Below, piece by piece: positions 60,826 to 64,000 of a DNA stretch of 64,000 bases (positions are counted from its first letter, which is position 1; every line of letters begins with the position of its first letter). The DNA is from Lama glama (Eukaryota). The translations under genes were made by a program, and so were the position numbers. The stretch is taken from contig CM052816.1 in assembly GCA_028534125.1 (NCBI GenBank), forward strand, positions 23,066,001-23,130,000. The letters are read 5' to 3'. The notes beneath the pieces were generated by a model that worked only from the letters and a program-made list of their open reading frames with translations, was not told where the DNA came from and searched no databases.

Positions 60826-60873
60826 TAATTCTATAGACTTATATCCTGCATAATTCTATAGACTTATATCCTG
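60826..60873. repeat. local tandem duplication, 23 bp identical, period 25
   Basis: taattctatagacttatatcctg at 60826-60848 and 60851-60873. Confidence 0.95.
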
Positions 60874-61579
60874 TTTTATATGTTTAATTTACAAACTAAA
60901 CACAAACATGATAACCCATTAAAATTTGAGTTAGCCTTAATTTAGCAATATTTTAATGTGACAATAGTTTTGGGTACTGCCTACAATGGCATGAGTTCGA
61001 GTTCAGCAAGCATATATGCTCACCATATGTTGAAGCAATTGCTCCAACAGTTTTCTATGAACTACTACACAGCGTTTCTCATTGTGTGCATTGATTATAT
61101 TTTAGATTCATTTTAGTGCTAATGTATTACGTCCATATTCAGTCTCTCTTCTGTTACCCCTCACTCACAATAGTGGAAAATACTCCTATTTGGCTCCAAT
61201 GAAAGAGTAAACGCAGATATGTAATTGATACGCATCATTCAAACAATTCAGGATCTGTTCATGTTTCACTATACATTTTTTAATTCACATCAAAATAAAA
61301 ACACAGAATAAACTTCTGTAGAGAACTTTTCAGACTCATAACAAAGCAAATGTTGATGGTCCAAGAAAACACCTCCATTGGAAGCAAGATTATATATAAA
61401 GATCACATGAAACTAATTTCATAAACTCTTATTAACATAATTTGCAACACGCCATAAGTGAAGTAAACCTTAAACGTAAGTTCTACCTCCCAAACCCATC
61501 ATCAAATAAAAGACACTTTAAAAAATTCAAAACAAAGTGTGCACTCTCTCCCAGGCCTGGTGAGGGGGGATGCTAAGAG

Positions 61580-61765
61580 GACAGGCCTGGAAGTCAGAGA
61601 GGCTTTAGGAAGATTACTTTTAACCTCTTCTAAGCATCAGTTTTCCTAACCTGTAAAACGGAGATAAAAATACATATACTTAGGGTTACTGTAAATACTG
61701 AACAAGGCAATATAGATACGTTAGGCAGTATAGCTATTGTCTAGTTCAATCAATGTGAACTCCTT
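61580..61765 (+). mobile_element. MIR SINE
   Basis: 'ttacttttaacctcttctaagcatcagttttcctaacctgtaaaacggagataaaaatacatatacttagggttactgt'. Confidence 0.8.
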
Positions 61766-62198
61766 CCTTTATTCTAGCTAATTGGGATGATCTCCATTGG
61801 GGAAAGCTGTTAACAATCATTTGATTTTATTACGATATCTGAATAAAATTTATATTCAAGAATATGGGGTAAATTTATTTTAATTTTATGAAAGTGAAAG
61901 TTGACAAATGTAACTTTGCAAATTATAATAGAAATTTCAAAGACTAACATTCATAAGAGAATAATAGACTCATTTACATAAAATAAATTAAGTGTTCTTA
62001 TAGTATTACTGAGTGTTACTTGCTGGTAATATTCACACATTAGATGGCTTTTATGAGCTACTATTCATATTATTAGAATTTAAATCGGCCTTGCTCTATC
62101 AAAAGTGATGTATTCAGAAGTTTGGGAAACTTTCCCTAAGAAACATCATATAAAAATCATAAGCAAGGCACTGGTATAAGTCTGCCTACTACTAAAGC

Positions 62199-62408
62199 TG
62201 TGTGTGTATGTGTACATATGTATGATTACAGACATGTACACAAACATATACATCTATAATTTTTTAGGTAAGTGACTATAAATGTAACATACATATATAA
62301 CATATAATATACATATATATGTCACTCATTCAAATACACTCTCATATAAATTTGTATATAATACATATATATATAGTATACATATATATACATATACATC
62401 TACACATA
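62199..62408. repeat. TA/CA/TG-rich low-complexity tract
   Basis: runs of (TG), (TA) and (TACA) units. Confidence 0.8.
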
Positions 62409-64000
62409 AGGACATTTACTGCAGCAATTTTTTTCTAACAGTGACATTTTAAAAGCTGAGTTTATAAAAAGAGAAACAAGGTTAATTTCAAGTAATTTCC
62501 CCTGCTAAAAGCATATTTTTCCATCTTTAAGAATCTACATAATATTACTAATGTGTAAATTTGTTCTCAGTGTATTTTGTAAAAGGTTAACATAATATCT
62601 AAAGATTATATTCCTAAAAAAAAGGTTTACATAAGTCTAACGACATTTTTGACAACTAATTCCTCTGAAAAACTTTAATTTCTGATTCACATATAAGTAA
62701 TCACTACAAATACTAAGAATGAGTTCACTTAGCAAGAGTCAAAAAGAGATCACTCACATCTTAAATAATTCAATACTCAGAAATCCATCTCACATGTGTA
62801 CTAAAGATTCAGGTTTCTTTTTTAAAAAGCAAGCAGCATGTCGTCCTACAGTCCTTTAGATCCAGAAAATAGGAATAAATCTCATACACCTTTGTCCACA
62901 GACCACACACAGCACTGTAGGCAGTGAGAATATACCATCTCCTCAAGGCCTAAAGTAACCCAAACTGGCAAAGGAATTCAGAACATTTCTATTTCATGTT
63001 GAGCCTTTAAAGAACGCTTTCAATGGCATTATGATCTGATTAGCATAAACTACTTAGAATCTAAGATAATGTATTGAGATCATACTTTCTTTAATAGTTC
63101 TATAACTCAGATAACAGAAAACGGTCCCAAGTGAATGGGAGTAAGATCTGCCACTATGATAGGAAACAGAATCATCAGAACTTAAGATACGTTTGATCTT
63201 TATATCTTCATATCCTCAGGCTTTATCATCTCATCTTGAGGCAGCACTTACAAAAAGATTTCCCATCTTAATTGATATTACCGGCTCTGCATTAAAAAGC
63301 TATGAGCACCTTGATTTTCTGCCTATCATCTTCAATACCAGTGAAGATTACTCATGTCTCAAATGGAAATTGGCAATCACCATAATAAAGTTCATGACAT
63401 GGCATAAATTCAAAGTATTATTCATAGAGAGTAAGACTTTTTATATTCTAAGTCTTCACTTAGCAATATATTTTGCCTTTTTAATCTGAAAAACTCCTTC
63501 TATGATAGTCTAGTAGTACCATTGAACCTACACTTACACAAGCAGGTAGGCAGATGTGGTTTTTAATCCACAGCATCTGTCTTAATATTACATATTGTTA
63601 TTTGGAGAGAAAAATTCAAAGTATGGAACTTCTAGGTCTGTTTCATTCTTCAAGTTATATGTGGAGATACCTGACTCTAGATGCAAAACAGTGCTTGGAG
63701 GAAATAAGTAAAAAATGTAAATTTCTATTTAAATGCTGGAAAATTAGAGTCTTAAACATTCACAGTAAGAGTCTTTTGACAAGAAGGTGAACACAGCCTA
63801 ATGATCAGTGTGACCTGAAGCTCAACGAAGTGACTGCTATGGCATCTTGAAAAACTTACACCCAAGGGCGGATGAGACAGAAACCAAAAAGCGAGTAAGA
63901 AAGCAAGCAAGAGAGAGAATTCCAAATGAAGGAGGCCGTTTCCCCCAAGGGAAAAAGGAAGGCTGTGTACAATGTGGTTACTGAGGTCGCCCTCGAAGGA

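Noticed and set aside
62251..62273. plus-strand tttttag|gtaagt recursive-splice-like motif
   Set aside because: It is opposite to the inferred transcription direction, has a short pyrimidine tract and is embedded in a TA-rich low-complexity tract.
1..64000. CRISPR arrays, operons or prokaryotic defence systems
   Set aside because: The sequence is mammalian (L1/L2/MIR/SINE content); no regularly spaced repeat-spacer array or gene-dense region is present.

Overview
AT-rich mammalian genomic DNA, most likely camelid (alpaca/llama/camel). The species call rests on four copies of a tRNA-derived SINE resembling camelid vic-1 and on artiodactyl/camelid-type L1 3' ends. I recognise no protein-coding exon, RNA gene or CpG-island promoter. 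The supplied ORFs are chance ORFs, decayed LINE sequence or N-gap artefacts. The window is a mosaic of ancient repeats (L2, MIR, L1ME/MA, HAL1-like, MER2/MER5/MER58, MLT1) and younger lineage-specific insertions, many with visible target-site duplications (TSDs). A 500-N scaffold gap lies at 21797-22296. An apparent excess of A-runs over T-runs on the + strand suggests a long intron of a gene transcribed on the - strand (inference). The best-supported curiosities are a 5'-inverted (twin-primed) L1 with TSD and microhomology, an L1 tail nested in a MER5, and short L1 tails sharing a truncation point. More speculative items are several splice-site-flanked candidate exons, microexons and recursive-splice motifs, and motif-dense repeat-free segments that may be conserved enhancers. 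I see no convincing evidence of a novel biological system. Repeat family names were assigned by eye from remembered consensus sequences, and boundaries are approximate.
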